NCBI GenBank assembly: GCA_051294905.1
Contig: CM119373.1
Span: 4,342,001-4,406,000, forward strand
Origin: Botryllus schlosseri
Lineage: Eukaryota
DNA: 64,000 bases
Direction: 5' to 3'
Part shown: in pieces, positions 36,584-50,642 of the stretch
Numbering within the stretch: the first letter of the stretch is position 1
How the letters are laid out: each line of letters opens with the position of its first letter
Program-made: the position numbers and the translations under genes
The notes under the pieces: generated by a model
The model's database searches: none
Told to the model about the DNA's origin: nothing
Seen by the model: only the letters and a program-made list of their open reading frames with translations

Positions 36584-37455
36584 CAGGGATGGTTAACCTT
36601 TTTGCTATTCACGGCGGCATTTCGATTAGCCTACGTAGCCTAGTGCCGCATTTCCGGTCATAGTCGTAATGAATCAAGTGGACGGAACTTCCTCAAAATC
36701 CATGTCCTTGTTTGTCACCTAAATACTCTATATTATTCAGCATTATATTTTATAGCAGTTGAACAACAGTTCTATTCCAGCAACACCTTTTATCGCAAAC
36801 AAAAGGTATTTGGCAAAAATACGGAGAATAGGCCGGTTGAATACAGAATATAAACCGCATAAACAGTGGCGATAATGACGATATTAGTTGGCATATTCCT
36901 GTTCCCATTTCGTTGTAGACGTAATCTGGCGTTAGCCCTGCATATGCGTTGTGAGAAATACATGAGATTAAACGGAATGGAGGACGTTTGAATTTGGTTC
37001 ATTTAGCATAAATCGTAATTGGGGTTTATTCTCGGAAATCCGTTGAGGTTTTGAGTCAGAAGTGGAACGGCACTGTGACCACGGATATTTGAATTATATT
37101 CTTTCGCAATATTATATTCTGCATGTAAGCTACATCGGTTTCGCACTGGTGGTTTTGCTTCTATCAATATCAAGATTTTGTTAAATGTTTCGATAAAAAT
37201 CCGAATACATTGTGAAATTGTTGCCGTCTCGTCAATTTCACCGACATGTTCCAAACGGAAAGCGAAACTACAAAACCACTGTCGCATGGATATAATGTGG
37301 CCAGTGAACAGGCTCAATATTTGCTGTATTGCGGGATTACTTAATTGAGGTATTTCATACTAATATCTCCACATGTGTTAAAATTGTGCTGGATAATACA
37401 AGCATTTTTCAAACGACTCATAATTGCTTCGCGGGCCGTATGTTTGACACCCAAG
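36584..37455. mobile_element. Degraded Charlie-like hAT MITE
   Basis: cagggatggttaacc start; gcgggccgtatgtttgacaccc end. Confidence 0.45.
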
Positions 37456-37463
37456 GTATAGAG

Positions 37464-38529
37464 TCGAACTGGGCAAACTGCGGCCCGCGGGCCAAATGCG
37501 GCCCGTGAAGCGATTCTTGAGTGACGCGCGAAGATATGTTTGGGATACATAACATAAAAACTACCTCAGAATATTGCTGCGTGGACTAAAACCATAGGTT
37601 GTATAAACTTAACCGGAAATCCGTTTACTTTGAAGCGTGTTCATTATTGTGCCACCAATACGCAGCCTACGTAAGCTATACCTCGCATGCGTGATTCAGA
37701 TTCAAGATTTAGTCAATGTCGCAAAGTATGCCCTAACAATTAAAAGTGACCAGACGTCACTCTTTCCTTATACTTTGGTTCAAACGTTCATTGTTTCCAT
37801 TGCCACATTACAAAATAAAAAGGTCCGTGCTTCAAATTGCTACGTTGATACGTTTTCAAATCCCTAATTCGTAGAGCAACTTAATCAGTGCTCTTGATTA
37901 CTATGAGACATCATCACCCACTAAGGATGAGCACCCACAAGCATGTCTCAAAAAAAGAAAGCCGATAGCTGCAATGTAAAGAAGGTTTGGAGGATGAAAT
38001 GTTTGTTTACTGGAGTCGGCGGTAAACCCGTCTTTGTAGATTGTGCCAAGCAGATCGCTGTGTTTAAGGAGTATAATGTAAGTCGGTCTTTGGACAAAAA
38101 CACGAAGACAGACACTCCGTCAATTGAGGGTGAATTTGAGACAAATTGCAAGCTGCGCTCAACAACAAGGCTATGTCACCAAGCTGCACACTGCTCAGAA
38201 GGAAGCGACCAAGACGACAAGCTTTGTAGTAAATACATTTCATCGTCTTAATAGAAAAACGTGAATAGGGGCTGAAGGAGAGTTTCAAATGTATCATGTT
38301 TAATATTGTTTCGAATTATGACGGCAAACAAATATTAATACTCGGTAATTAACCATTACTTTCTCATTACTTGATATCAACACAGCCACTGAGCAGCGGT
38401 TATTAACGTAATTCAATTTAGAAATAAAATTAATACACCACAGAATATAGTTAAAAATTTTGAATCGGCCCGCCAACATATATTATGCTTCTCATTTGAC
38501 CTGCGGAGAAAGATATTTGCCCACCCCTG
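37464..38529 (+). mobile_element. Internally deleted SPIN/Charlie-type hAT element with transposase N-terminal relic (about 37943-38090)
   Basis: TSD gtatagag/gtgtagag; right TIR ttgcccacccctg; relic KKKADSCNVKKVWRMKCLFTGVGGKPVFVDCAKQIAVFKEYNVSR resembles the BED-type N-terminus (W...Y.F....K.VCL.C...AV.KEYN..R). Confidence 0.75.
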
Positions 38530-38706
38530 GTGTAGAGAGAAACATTCAGAATAATTCTCATGCTTTTGCAAATGAAGATCGCCTAATAGTATTGTAGCAG
38601 TTGATAAACATTTTTCAAACATTTCAAAGTAATCTAGCTATCTGCGATGGTGACGAATCTGTGATCATCCTTCATGCTGATATTGTAAGCATTTGTGAAT
38701 TTTTAG

Positions 38707-39138
38707 ACGACGAAAGTCTGATCGTGATTAAAAGGCAAATCGAGCAGCATATCGGAAATATAGTCGCGATTGAAACACATATCCAAGCGGAACGAAGAGA
38801 GATAGATCCCGACGAAAACCAAGAAAACGTGCCTATCTATCGCACAGGCATGTCGTTATTATCATATTACATTTTTAATATCCGCATGTGTGTCAGAATT
38901 GATATAGCTCCTGGTATATTTACTTACTCCTTACTTCACGAATGTCAATGCGATTTCAGGATATGACGCATCGATCTTCACATTCAAGCACAATGACCAC
39001 CTCGAGTATGTTAGTATAACGGCACTTTGCAAGATATAAGCTCGTGGATTACGTGCCTATGGGTTTGACGGCATGGCGTAGAAATTCCTGTCAACGGCAC
39101 CATCTTCAGCTTCTGTGCGCATAATTCCTCACGATGCA
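38707..39138 (+). pseudogene. Pentraxin pseudogene (truncated tandem duplicate of PTX-B); exons 38707-38847 and 38960-39138
   Basis: Aligns with 39921-40358 including the intron; 1-nt deletion near 39015; CGA>TGA at 39066-39068; homology ends after cgatgca. Confidence 0.9.
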
Positions 39139-39920
39139 TATCACTACCACCATATATGAGCGCTGGACAGAGTCCACGAGCTGCGACTTACCTTGCTTTC
39201 CCATTCTGTCAGCTATCCAGAAATGAATGCAGACCGCCCCTAACAACGCAAAAATTTAGATTCAGAAAGTCACGGAATTTTTGCTACAAATGTGATAATT
39301 CTGACTATATATACATTTCTTCGTAACCAACCAATATGCCTTTTCAATACCAAAAACAAAATCTGACAGTGGAAGCCATTCTGATTGCCAATAAAGTCTT
39401 CTATAGAAATAGGCATTATGACATAAGAAACATTTGTGTGTTCTGTGGCTTCATTGACAGCATCAGGGGAGCAAACAGACGTATCATCACTTTCCGTGTA
39501 ACGCAGTCTACATCATTCCGATGAATTCCAATACGCTATTTTAAATTTAGAGCATCGGAAACAGTGGTTCCCAAACTGGGGGCGTGAAAGCAACCGACGA
39601 GGGCGCGATGCAACGGTCAACTGTAAATCGTTTCGCACTTCTAGTCCATACTTATTTCTCTATTTATAGTCCGAACTTCATATTTTACAATTCTCTCATC
39701 ATCAATCATAACCATCCATTCCATCGAACTATCTGTTGGAGTTGCTAGCATCCCGTTTGTATTGTGTGATATGGCGATAAGGGGGGTGCAAAATTTAATA
39801 AACCGTTGAATTTATTATTTCGAAGAAATCCAGCTATCTTAGATGGCTAACTGATCAGTGATCAATCTCATCATCCTTCATGATAACATTGTATTCAATA
39901 AATTATCTGTATCTCTTTAG

Positions 39921-40814
39921 ACAAAGTGAGTCCCATCTCGATTAAAAATGACATCGAAGAGCATAAAAGAAAGAAGACGTCCATTGAAACACATATCGAA
40001 ACGGAGCGAAGAGAGATAGCTCCCGACGAATATCAGGAAAACGTGCCTTTCTACAGCACAGGCATGTTGTTGTTATTACCATCTTACAGTTTTGATACGC
40101 GCATATATGTCATAACTGATGTCGACCCTAGTATATTTACTTACTGCTTGCCTTATAAATGCGTTTTCGATTTCAGGATGTAACGTCTCGATCTTCACAT
40201 TCAAGCACAAACGACACCTGAATTATGTCAGTTTTAACGGCACTCTGCCAGATATGAGCTCGTGGACTGCGTGCCTCTGGGTTCGACCGCATGGCGTAGA
40301 AATCCCTGTCAACGGCACTATCATCAGCTACTGTGCGCCTAATTCCTCACGATGCAACACGCTTGCGGTCTTGTTGAAAAACGGGAAGATCAGAGTGAAT
40401 GCACACTCTAAGAACTCGAAAAGTGAAGGCGTGGCATCCGTAAGGTACCGCACACATTTGTGTGTGTTGGCATCGTCACATGAGGTCCGCATCTACGTCA
40501 ATGGGTCTTCGAAGTGCAACATGACAATGGACAGCAATGCGATGCCTGAAGGGGGCGTCCTGATAGTGGGTCAAGATCAAGATGGATACGTAAATGGATC
40601 AGTTGCAGGAGCACCGAAAAATGAAGACCAAGGGCTGCACGGTGAAATTGAAGGACTTCGTCTCTGGAATAGGTCATTGGAAGCAAGAGAAATCAAAGGC
40701 TTGTTTAAATCCGACGGATGCAGCTGCGTAAACGAATCCGTTGTCACTTTCCACAGCGGAAACTCCATCATTAAAGGCGACGTGACTACAGATTGGAATT
40801 TTACATGTAATTAG
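39921..40814 (+). CDS. Pentraxin-domain gene PTX-B; exons 39921-40061 (candidate) and 40177-40814; first exon not found
   Basis: WTACLWVR, HLCVL, IYVNG, GGVLIVGQDQD, GEIEGLRLWNRSL; phase-1 acceptor atttcag; AATAAA at 41087-41092. Confidence 0.88.
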
Positions 40815-41544
40815 AAGCACTGTCATTAACACGGTATTATGCTTAGTGATGCGAAGATGAATGACAATGGTGTAACAGTTTCCAGGACAACGCGTCAATA
40901 TGTCAGTGATGGTTATCAATTATGTGATGCGGCATCGGAACTGGACAGCATATTATATTAACGGAGATTTATTTTTAACTGGCCGGCTCTCCAAATCATC
41001 AAAGACTTTTTGTATGTACAAAATGTGTATGCAATTGTACTGTCTTCACATCGTATGAATACCTCTCTCGATCAATGCAACTTTTGAATAAAACAGATTT
41101 AGTGTATGAACAGTATTGAATAGATTTCGTCATTAATGATAGATGTCACTTACACCATATTTATAATTATAAGCAAAAAATACGCACAGGTAAATGGATT
41201 TTGATTCTCAGCTGCGATTTTGTTGATCAGTAGTAAGTAAATGGAGTCAATATTGAATTTTGAAGAAGAAAATGGTGGACAGAAGGTTGGTTATTCGGCC
41301 TTGAGAGATGATACGATAGCCCAGAGCAGCTGCCTTTTTTAACTTAACCGAAAATCATTGGAGTCTCCTGAATGCATAAAGTGTTTACTTTGAATATTCG
41401 AAAACCTATATCCCTTTCAATCCGGTGGCTTACAAAGGTAGAAAGTGTCAATACTAGGCAAACAATTACGCTTTTTTTTCTATCTTATGCGAACAATGTT
41501 TTCCTCCAACAATTGCTATATTTATAGGCTAAGAGCTTTTTTTT

Positions 41545-41800
41545 CAGAGGTGGCCATACTAGTCATCGTCTGTACTCAAGTAAAAGTAGAACTAACGCCT
41601 TCAATTTTTACTCAAGTAGAATTGGTGATTTTCAAGTGGGTGAAAAGTAAGTATTTTAGGTATGTTTGTTCTTAAAATACTGACAACAGTCAAATAGAAG
41701 TAGAAGCAGTAAGAAATCATAACCATTTAATGAAATAATGCAATAATATAGAAAAAATCTTCTTCAAAAAGTGTAAGTGCTCCGTTATTGACAACCTCTT
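41545..41800. mobile_element. Short copy of CAGAGGTGG / AAGTAG hAT family
   Basis: cagaggtggcca...ttgacaacctct with tactcaagta repeats, as in 5805-16231. Confidence 0.6.
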
Positions 41801-41889
41801 CTTTTTTGATTTGCCGGCTTTACCAACTAACGTGAGCCCTTTCCATCTACTTGTAGTGCTAACTTATGCGGTTTCGATCTTGCAGAAAT

Positions 41890-42223
41890 ATTATTAAACG
41901 AACCACTGGGGTAAAAAAAAGAATTTCATGGGATGAGACAAGAAACTTGCTTTTTTTGCGCTTATCTACGGATATAAGTAATTCGGGAAGAGATCGTCGA
42001 TTCTTCTTCAGTGGGAGCATTAAACAGACGTGCAGAGCAGACGCAGGTCCACAGTATTATTGAACAAACCACTGGAGTACAAAGATATTTCACGGGATGA
42101 GACATTGAACTATGGCTTGATATTTTGCGTGAATCTAAAGATATAGGTGATCCTGAAAATGTTCTCGATTATTCTTTAGTGGGAAGAATAAAGGGACGCG
42201 CGCAACAGACACAGGTCAACGGT
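41890..42223 (+). repeat. Diverged tandem duplication (about 167 bp x2)
   Basis: attattaaacgaaccactgg...caggtccacagt repeated as attattgaacaaaccactgg...caggtcaacggt. Confidence 0.8.
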
Positions 42224-44279
42224 AAATTACCATATCGGCGGTAGATGTCGCTAAATCCTATCATAACTCAGGAGCTCCTTTTCTGGCAAAACCGGGGTCA
42301 AGGTGCCACAACATAGTCACTAAGTCAGTCATATGTGTATCTTGGTATCGAACAATTACATAACCTTGTATGGAACAATCTCGGTAATAATATTGCTATA
42401 GTAATAGCTTGAATACAAGTGAAATGCATGATGATTTCATCCGTAGAACCAATTATAAATTAGGGTAAAGTCACTCATTTGGTGGCGGCTTGGAATATCA
42501 GATTATCGTGCTTTTGTGTTGAGAGCAAAACTCGATCCCACCAAACGCGTACTTTATTTTTGTCTGTAGAATACGCTTATATGTGAAACTCCTTATGAAA
42601 GGCGATGGAAGCCGCAGCCCTATTTAGTCAAACAAGCCGTAAACTTTTGGTATTTATCACCATCACACAACATTCCGTGGCTGCGTACTCATGTTTTGCT
42701 GCTCCAACACTAATGGGTTGAGTAAGTGACGGATCGACTATACACCAGTAGTTCTCAAACCTTTCAAATAAATATTCACGAAACGGTTACTATTTATTTT
42801 TAATATCTCGCGGTCCCTTCCAAAATCAACAAAACAGCATTTCGGATTTTATGGTGGCAATGTTTACGGGAGAAGCGAATGTTTGCGATCAGCTCGACTG
42901 GTTACGTTTTTGAACGCGAAACCATAATATCGCCAATCACATTCAACTGGTTCCAAGTAACTTTCAACCTAGAAAGGCTGGTCTTGACCCACCTGGGGTG
43001 ATCAACATAACCTGTGCGATACGAAGCTGTCAGACCCCCTTTACCTCCCCGGGTAATTTCCATAATACCCTTTATACATCCGCGTCAGAAACAGCGGTAC
43101 TACGTGATTCACGAACAAGCCGAAATAGCTACCAGCAGTGTTTGGGAAAATCAATGTGCAGTTATATTCTAGTCGCTTGAAGTGCAACTTTTTTTACTTG
43201 ACTAATCGGTCCCTGAACATATCAATATCGAAGGTTTCGGCCAACATGCACCTAGATCATTCTGGACCACGCGGTTTTATCGCCACTTGCCAGCTCACTT
43301 CATGGAGTCGCATGTTTGCGAAACCTTCAAATGTCTGGGTGTGTTCGAACTGAAGTGGTCAGCGCCGAAAGGCCGATGATGCATCCGCAAGCAGCACACC
43401 CCTACATTAAAGCGTACCAACGGCCTCATGCCATTCTCTCATAATTGCGAATACGGTGAGGCCTATTACTGTACAAGTATACGTATTTTTCCCCTGAGTG
43501 CGCATATACACACAATAAAATCCAAAAATGTAGTGACACTGAAAAGCATGAAGGGCGAATAAAATTGCAATCTGAATTAGTCTGCATCAAAATGCTCTAG
43601 ATGTTGATTAAAGTAATAATTTTGGGCCTTTTCCCACTTTGGTATGGAAAATAATTAGGTTACCTGGAAATTTTTATATTAAACAAATCCATAATTCCAG
43701 TACTTTCTGGTTCGTTTGAACTTTTTAGCGCGTACTTCGCGACCATGAAACATTGTCTAGCGGCCCCAAAAGGACCGCTGACCCGAATTTGAGTATCACT
43801 GGACTACAGAATCCCTCGTATTTGAGATTTATCTAGGACAGGGGTGGGCAAACCTATAACATCTCGCGGGCCGCATTCCACATCTGAATCCATTTGCGGG
43901 CCGCACTATACTAAATTGGGGTTATTAACCTTTTTAATTACATAGGGACCGCAGAATTGTGGAGATGATATCTTTGTATAAGTAAAACAAATGAAACAAT
44001 CATTTTATGATAACGTACGTCGTACATGCGTCAAAAACATTGACTATATTTTTTCAAGCTAATCATCCTCGAAACCCATTTGGTAGATTTCGGGATGAAA
44101 GGCGGCTGTGCCGATTCTTAGAAGCGGATGTAAATTTATATCTGTGCGGAACGATCTGTTCACAGATTTGCTGACTCTACTTTTGGCTTACCTCGAAGAC
44201 AGAAATTGCTGACAGCATCATAACTATGCCTCCTTATATATACGCTTCTACAATATATAGTTGATTTTATTTTGAGGTA

Positions 44280-44427
44280 TTGATGGTGGTTGCCGACTAC
44301 TATGGTCAATTAAACCAGGCCAATTTTCTTTCTTTTATTCCGTAGCTGCAGACTTGTAGCACGGTCGGCTCGAACCCACAATCCATTGGTGCTGCAGGTG
44401 AGGATTATACCAGTACGGTATCTCGCC
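44280..44427 (-). mobile_element. Internally deleted SINE copy
   Basis: tRNA-like head joined directly to the 3' body; central part missing relative to 25551-25828. Confidence 0.7.
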
Positions 44428-45771
44428 ACAACATATATAGTTATTGTTAATATAAATATAAAATGCTTCTACACATATCGAGGACAAATCACTATGTTCG
44501 AAAAATGAAGTTACTCGTGTGTGCCCCCGAAAATAAACCCGCATTCCCCTATAGGCACGCGGTACACAGTTTGAGAGTACCCTATCTAGTCTGTCTTTCA
44601 AAATTGTTGTAAACTAACCACTCAGGAATACTTTTAGGAACATTGATCCATTGCGAAGTCAGCACATATGTCGAAGTACAGCAAATAATTTACAATCATG
44701 AACATGACATATAGGTCAGGCGGACTGGTTAAGCCATGATACGAACATTAGCAGAATATCAAATTTACGAACAGTGTAAGCCATACACACTGGAAGGTCA
44801 CAGCTAATAACATCCCACAACATTAGTCATACCCAAAGCAATCTCCGCGGATCCGTTCTACGTGAAATGTCTATTAGGCTAGCTGAGACGTTATTTTAAA
44901 TGATGAAGTTCAACAGGCCGTGATGTATGTATGATATACGTCATGGCAACACTCTGATTCCACCGAGGAAGCAGATAAAGCAGTCAGTATAGGCTATTGT
45001 TCGCGTCAGCGCATTTAGAAGTGCTACAGGATATGAACGAACGCTATACATAGCATCAGACGCCGTATGATAACACAGCATTTAGTATATACTTTTAATA
45101 AAAATGCTGTCTCTACTGAACATAAACTTCAACTGGATAATTGCGATTGCTATTCTCGGAGGTGAGTACGATATTTTATATTGACTATACTTTGTTACAT
45201 AAAGTATCATGGTATTTAGAACATAGCCGGCAATATGGACGGTTCGGCGGTATAAATATGACATGTAGGCGACACGGTAAATGCAACCTAAGTTCTTGCT
45301 TGAATCCACCATAAAAGTGTTACGCTGTCAGTTACTTTTATTCTATTTCTTTTCATTTGCCTGTGGGATAGCTATCATATGCTTCTTAGGTTTAGTCTAT
45401 TACATGATGGTATGTATGCCTTCCGGAGTGACTCTTGTTGCCGCTGGAATCAGTTTTGATAACCTTTCAATCATATTTGAACTATACTAAACGATATAGT
45501 AGCCCTATTACTGCGGGAAGCCATTGTGTGTATACTGTAATATGTGACACAAATTCATAGCTGATCCAGTTATGGAGGTTGCGGAAGCAATAGTTATATT
45601 ATGATCAGCAACTTCATATGTATTATTGGGGTTACTACTAACGTGACGCATGTTTTGCACAGATCAATTTGTATCATCGAATGGATATTGCAAAGAATTC
45701 AGCATAGTAAGCTCAGCGAGATGTTTCTTCTCTTGACTCAATAATATACCCTATAGCTCAGTGGTTCCAAC

Positions 45772-47376
45772 TCGGGTTACATTTAAAACAAACGGTTGTT
45801 TAAATCACTTTTTTAAAACATGTCTTAAACCAGTGGTTCTCAACCGGGATTCCGCGGACCCCCGGGGTTCCGCAAAGCATTTTCAGGGGGTCCGCGAAGC
45901 CTCAAAAACAGTTGATAACCTACTATGTATTTTCAAATTCGGAAAATCACAGGGCAGTTTTGCTTCATTACTAGTAAAACTCCAGAGCTCACATCAACAG
46001 AACGGCAGTTTGAAATGAAATATCCCACTGTGCAAACTCATTTTAATTGCTAAATTGCAAATATCCGATACAAACATTTTTCTGTTTTGTTGGGGACCGT
46101 GGAAGAAGTTGGCAGTGTAAGCTCAATCACGGTGACTTCGAAATGTTTACAAAAATCCATTTTTTTCCTGTGATATATATATAACCATAATAACTTCAAA
46201 ATAAGCTGCGAGATAGCAATGACCAGGCTCAGTGTTATATGTTTATTAAGGAAATTGGTTAGTTCATTTTGGTTCCATATTTGTTGCGATCATACCCAAA
46301 TGTGTCGTCGGAAGCGTTACTCGTTAATATTACATTCGCCAATGGATTTTCGGCACCCGTTTATAGTAATCGTAATAATCGTTGAGTTATATTGTTCATT
46401 TGAACTAGTCTCACGCAATGTACAATGCGATGTAATGAACAGATATAGGGATATCGAACGACACGCAGTTGTGATCTATTTAGACCGGCATCCACCTTGG
46501 CCTAGAGTGCCCGATGTCACAGTTTTTTTTTCGATGTTGATCTTTTTGAAGCAGCGGCCCTTTCTAGTTCTTTCCATTCCTTGTGAGTGCTTTCTGTCGT
46601 CGGGCCTTTTTCTGGGCTTTTTTGTCGCAGTAAGAACGGTGACGGCGTGGGAAGTGGAGCCCAGATAAACCTCCAGCGGGAATCGGCCGGGCCGCCCGAT
46701 TCGTAGGCACTTATCGACACCACTACGGCATCTCCCCAGCAATATCAGATCGAAGGCGCGAAATTTCAAGACACTACTACGTAACTCAATTATTTCAGTT
46801 GCAGAATTCGCGATGAAGTAATAAAAGCCAATCCGATTGCTACATGAATAGTATGGTCGTACTTTCAAGAATAGGCAACTTGCTGCTGTTTATCACTAAG
46901 CCTACCAGTCATTTGCACAAGACAGATGACGGTGGCACGATAATTGAGCTAAATTTGAACTAAAACTCCGTGGGGTCCGCAGGGGTCCGTGGTGGTCCGA
47001 AAGGGGTCCTCAAAGACAAAAATGTTGAGAACCGCTGTCGTAAACAGTGTTTAAACTAATGCTTTTTCTTTAAATAGTTTTTTTTAACTTGCAAAATTAT
47101 GCCGTTATTGAGTAAATACTTTCCACAACACATGTTGTATGAGCCGACGGACAATTCCCACCCGATATGTAGCCAACGTATACGACAGGATAGTTGGATC
47201 CCTTAAACAGCTATAGTACGTAGATGTTCGTCAGAGGAGCTATATTTACAATATATTTTCAATTGTCAATGCTAATCCATTATAACGTCACAATTGAATA
47301 TTGGTGACGTCATGCCTTAGGGCCTTGCTTTAAGCATGTTTGTTTTAAATTGATGTTTGTTTTAAATGCAACCCTA
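45772..47376. mobile_element. TAGGGTTGCATTT-family element carrying a nested MITE
   Basis: Termini tcgggttacatttaaaac / gttttaaatgcaacccta; TSD gttccaac/ttcccaac; homologous to 17698-18245. Confidence 0.7.
45831..47037. mobile_element. Charlie-like hAT MITE
   Basis: TIR CAGTGGTTCTCAAC / GTTGAGAACCGCTG; TSD tcttaaac/tcgtaaac. Confidence 0.85.
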
Positions 47377-49742
47377 TTCCCAACACGGTTTACAGCGACA
47401 CAAACAATCGCAGTGTTTTTACTGATCAAACTGTAACGCAATTTGACGCAAAATGAGTACAAGCACTGTCTGACGTTTCTTGAAGACTGGCCATGATATA
47501 CATATATTAAGGTTGTGTGATTTCGTCAAGTTTTCAATTATATTTATTTTTATTTCGTCATCTCAGATACAATATTCCCACAGGCAAGCTCAAAAAACAA
47601 TTCGCCTACCCAAGTTTGGGCAATAACCCATGCTTTGGGAACTAGGCCTACTGCGCAATATATACCTGTTGTATTATTCGCTATAAAAACTGTAATGAAG
47701 AGTTATTGCCGTTTTATATGTACTGTTTCGGTAAATCATGTAAATATTGTTGTTTTCTTTAGGATCCAACTGGTGAGTCCAACTTATGCAATATCAAAGA
47801 TATGAAGAGAAGGTATAAACGTGTAGATTGCTCCCCAACGGAGAATGAGCGGATGAAAAATCGTAGACGGGAATGATATTCGGTATTTAGAGATGGGTGA
47901 CGGTAGTTTTGTTGAATATCTCAATCATTGCGTGCATCGAAATTACGTTATAAACTCATGCGTTGAGAGGTAGCGATTCATAGAAAAATGATATAAGCAA
48001 AACCAATCTGGAGGTCGGCCTCGCCACCTGATCTGCGTAAGCGTAGTCCCAAAGAACCCTAAAAGTGGGCCGTGTTACAAGTTGACAGATAGGATCACGA
48101 TGAAAAATGTCGCCGAGGTGTAAATGACCATTTTACTGGAGAAAAAACACAAAACAAAGAAAACCTAGAGGTCAGCAACGATACGATTCTGCCTAGAGCA
48201 CAGATCTTGAGCTGTGAAGCTTGACTAGTTTTATGAGGTCCATGTAAAGTCATTAAAAGAAAACATTTGTCTTTATTTCAAGTGATTCCGAATATTTTCG
48301 TCTGACAATCGGTAGGGATAATCGTCAGCAACTATGAGAGAATTTGAATGAACATTGCATATCGTATTACAAATGTGACGTCACCGGCATATCGACTACA
48401 AGTTCGAAATTGCGTAGAATCACTGTATACCAGCAATCGCATCAGCACATATGACGTCACAAACAAACCAAATCGAATAACGAAGGCGAATAGATGACTT
48501 TGACCAACAAAATATTTTCAAATTATACACGAATTCCTGCAATTGTCTACCAGTAGATTGGTGGATATTGATCAAAGTCAACTCGAAGGCACATAAATGA
48601 GAGAATTAAGGGTCTCTTCTGACGCATAATCTAGTGTCCTGATAATTATCCAGTACCTGCTTGGCTTTTAACAGTTCATTAATATTTCTATTGACTTGAA
48701 GAAATTTTCGCGTACCTCTTATTAAGAGCAACCGGCAATATAAAGGATATATATAGCAAAGTTAGTTTCAAAACCAAATTCACTGTTTGCCAATGTCAAA
48801 TTCATGGCCGTTGCCTATTCTGATTGAAGCTTCAGGGGTTGCATCAAGGACGATATTTTCTCCGATTCGAGGGTTCCAGTAGATCTAGAGGTGGGTTATT
48901 TATTGCGGCCTTGCAATCGTTGTGTCGCTCTTCCCATGCAGCTACAATAGCAGCCTAGCCTAAATTACTTTATTGAAATACAGGAAGAACGTCCCTGCGT
49001 GTTGGGGGGTCAGTTGGGCTGTCAGGGAAATCTTGATCATTGTGACGTAATACTTACTGACCACAGACACCATATGTTTTCCAGACGGTTGGAAGTATAG
49101 GATTATGGTAGATGGATAGACATCTATGGTTGTTAGTTCACTTCACAATGCTCCTTCGACTTTTTTGCATGGAATTACAGTACTCCTCTCAATAGAGCGG
49201 TTGATGGCGTGATCAAGGTAATCGTTATCGTGTATAATAATTTACAGGTGCTGTCAAGTTCCTAATTCAGCTAACTAATCATTAATGCCCAATGCACGTT
49301 GTTGCCAATGAGCTTCGTTGATGATATTGCAATAGAATAAAAATTGTTGCCGATGAGAAGCTAGTTTGATATACCAGTTATTATCGCATTCTGATGCTAT
49401 GGCGGTCTTTTTCTTTACTATCCATATTGTTCTATTTGCTGCCATTTCAATATTGCAAAACTATATGAGATGCAGCTATAGGCTATATGTTCACAGGGCC
49501 AACTTCCTATAAATTTTGTTACTTTAGTCTTGTCGAGTTCATTCCGCGGACAACAGATACAATGCCAGAAAACAATAGCAAAATCTTTCCACAATGAGCC
49601 AAGAAAAGTAGTTTAAAATAGTTATGTGTGTCATTTCGGAAAGGCTAGCCTTACCGTTAACTAACTGATCATCCAATGTCGGGAAATGGCAAGGAAAATG
49701 AAGTAAATCGAAGAATATATTTCCATAGGCTTCACTTACATA

Positions 49743-50642
49743 TAAGGATGGTGTGAACGTGAGGTTCACGTTCGCGCCTTGCGTGTGAACCTCCGAAATT
49801 TAGAGGCTCACGTTTACAAACGAACCTTGGTAGGTTCTGCACTGTGAACCTTTGACATATACTACAATTTTTACTTCATTAAAACATCTTTGGTTGAAAT
49901 TTATTGCATTCCAACTGCAGGCCACTACATGTGTAGCGCTGGAAGCATACAAAATCAATACTAAACGAGCATGCACCTTGACAATCACAAAAATTGAACT
50001 TGCTTTGTTACAAAAGTGTGCTCGAATATTTAGTGACTCTCTGCTCCGAGGTTTAGCCGAAATCATGCAACATCAAGAGCTAAATACACTACATGTAGGT
50101 GGTCGGCAAATCAGTGAAGTTGACATCGTTGTCTGATGTAAACAATCTCAATCTTGAATACATACGTTTATTATATCATAAAAAAAAAAAAATTCGTGCG
50201 ATTGGGGTGTTGGCTACTGCTGCATAACTTGTTAATGGGGTAATATCGGTAGCAAGTATGGAAACCTGTTTTACACTCTGCTCAATATCAACGTGGCCGT
50301 ACATACTCGGACTTTGAATACATTGTCCGGTCTGGCCTAGACAGTTAAAGCTTGAGCTTATATTCCCTCGCAAGTCCTCGTCTAAATTTTTGGCAAATTG
50401 ACGGAAGATATCAATTTTATGAGATTATTACATCATTTGATTGCCCCAGCTGATACATTTGACGATGTTTAAAACGTCAACATGTACTCTAGCATTGTAG
50501 CGGTATGTGGCCCGAGTTGGTGTGAATTAGCAATATGAAATCACGTGACGTCACGAGGTTCACGTTCGCGTTCACGCAGAACCTTTCAAAAAGGTTCGCG
50601 TTCACACGGACCTGAACCTTTCGGAAGTTCACTACATCCCTA
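49743..50642. mobile_element. hAT-like element with GTGAAC/GTTCAC subterminal repeats
   Basis: taaggatggtgtgaac / gttcactacatcccta imperfect TIR; motif clusters at both ends; no clear TSD. Confidence 0.6.

Noticed and set aside
46476..46868. GC-richer basic ORFs inside a MITE
   Set aside because: No recognisable transposase or RT motif; may be a decayed fragment.
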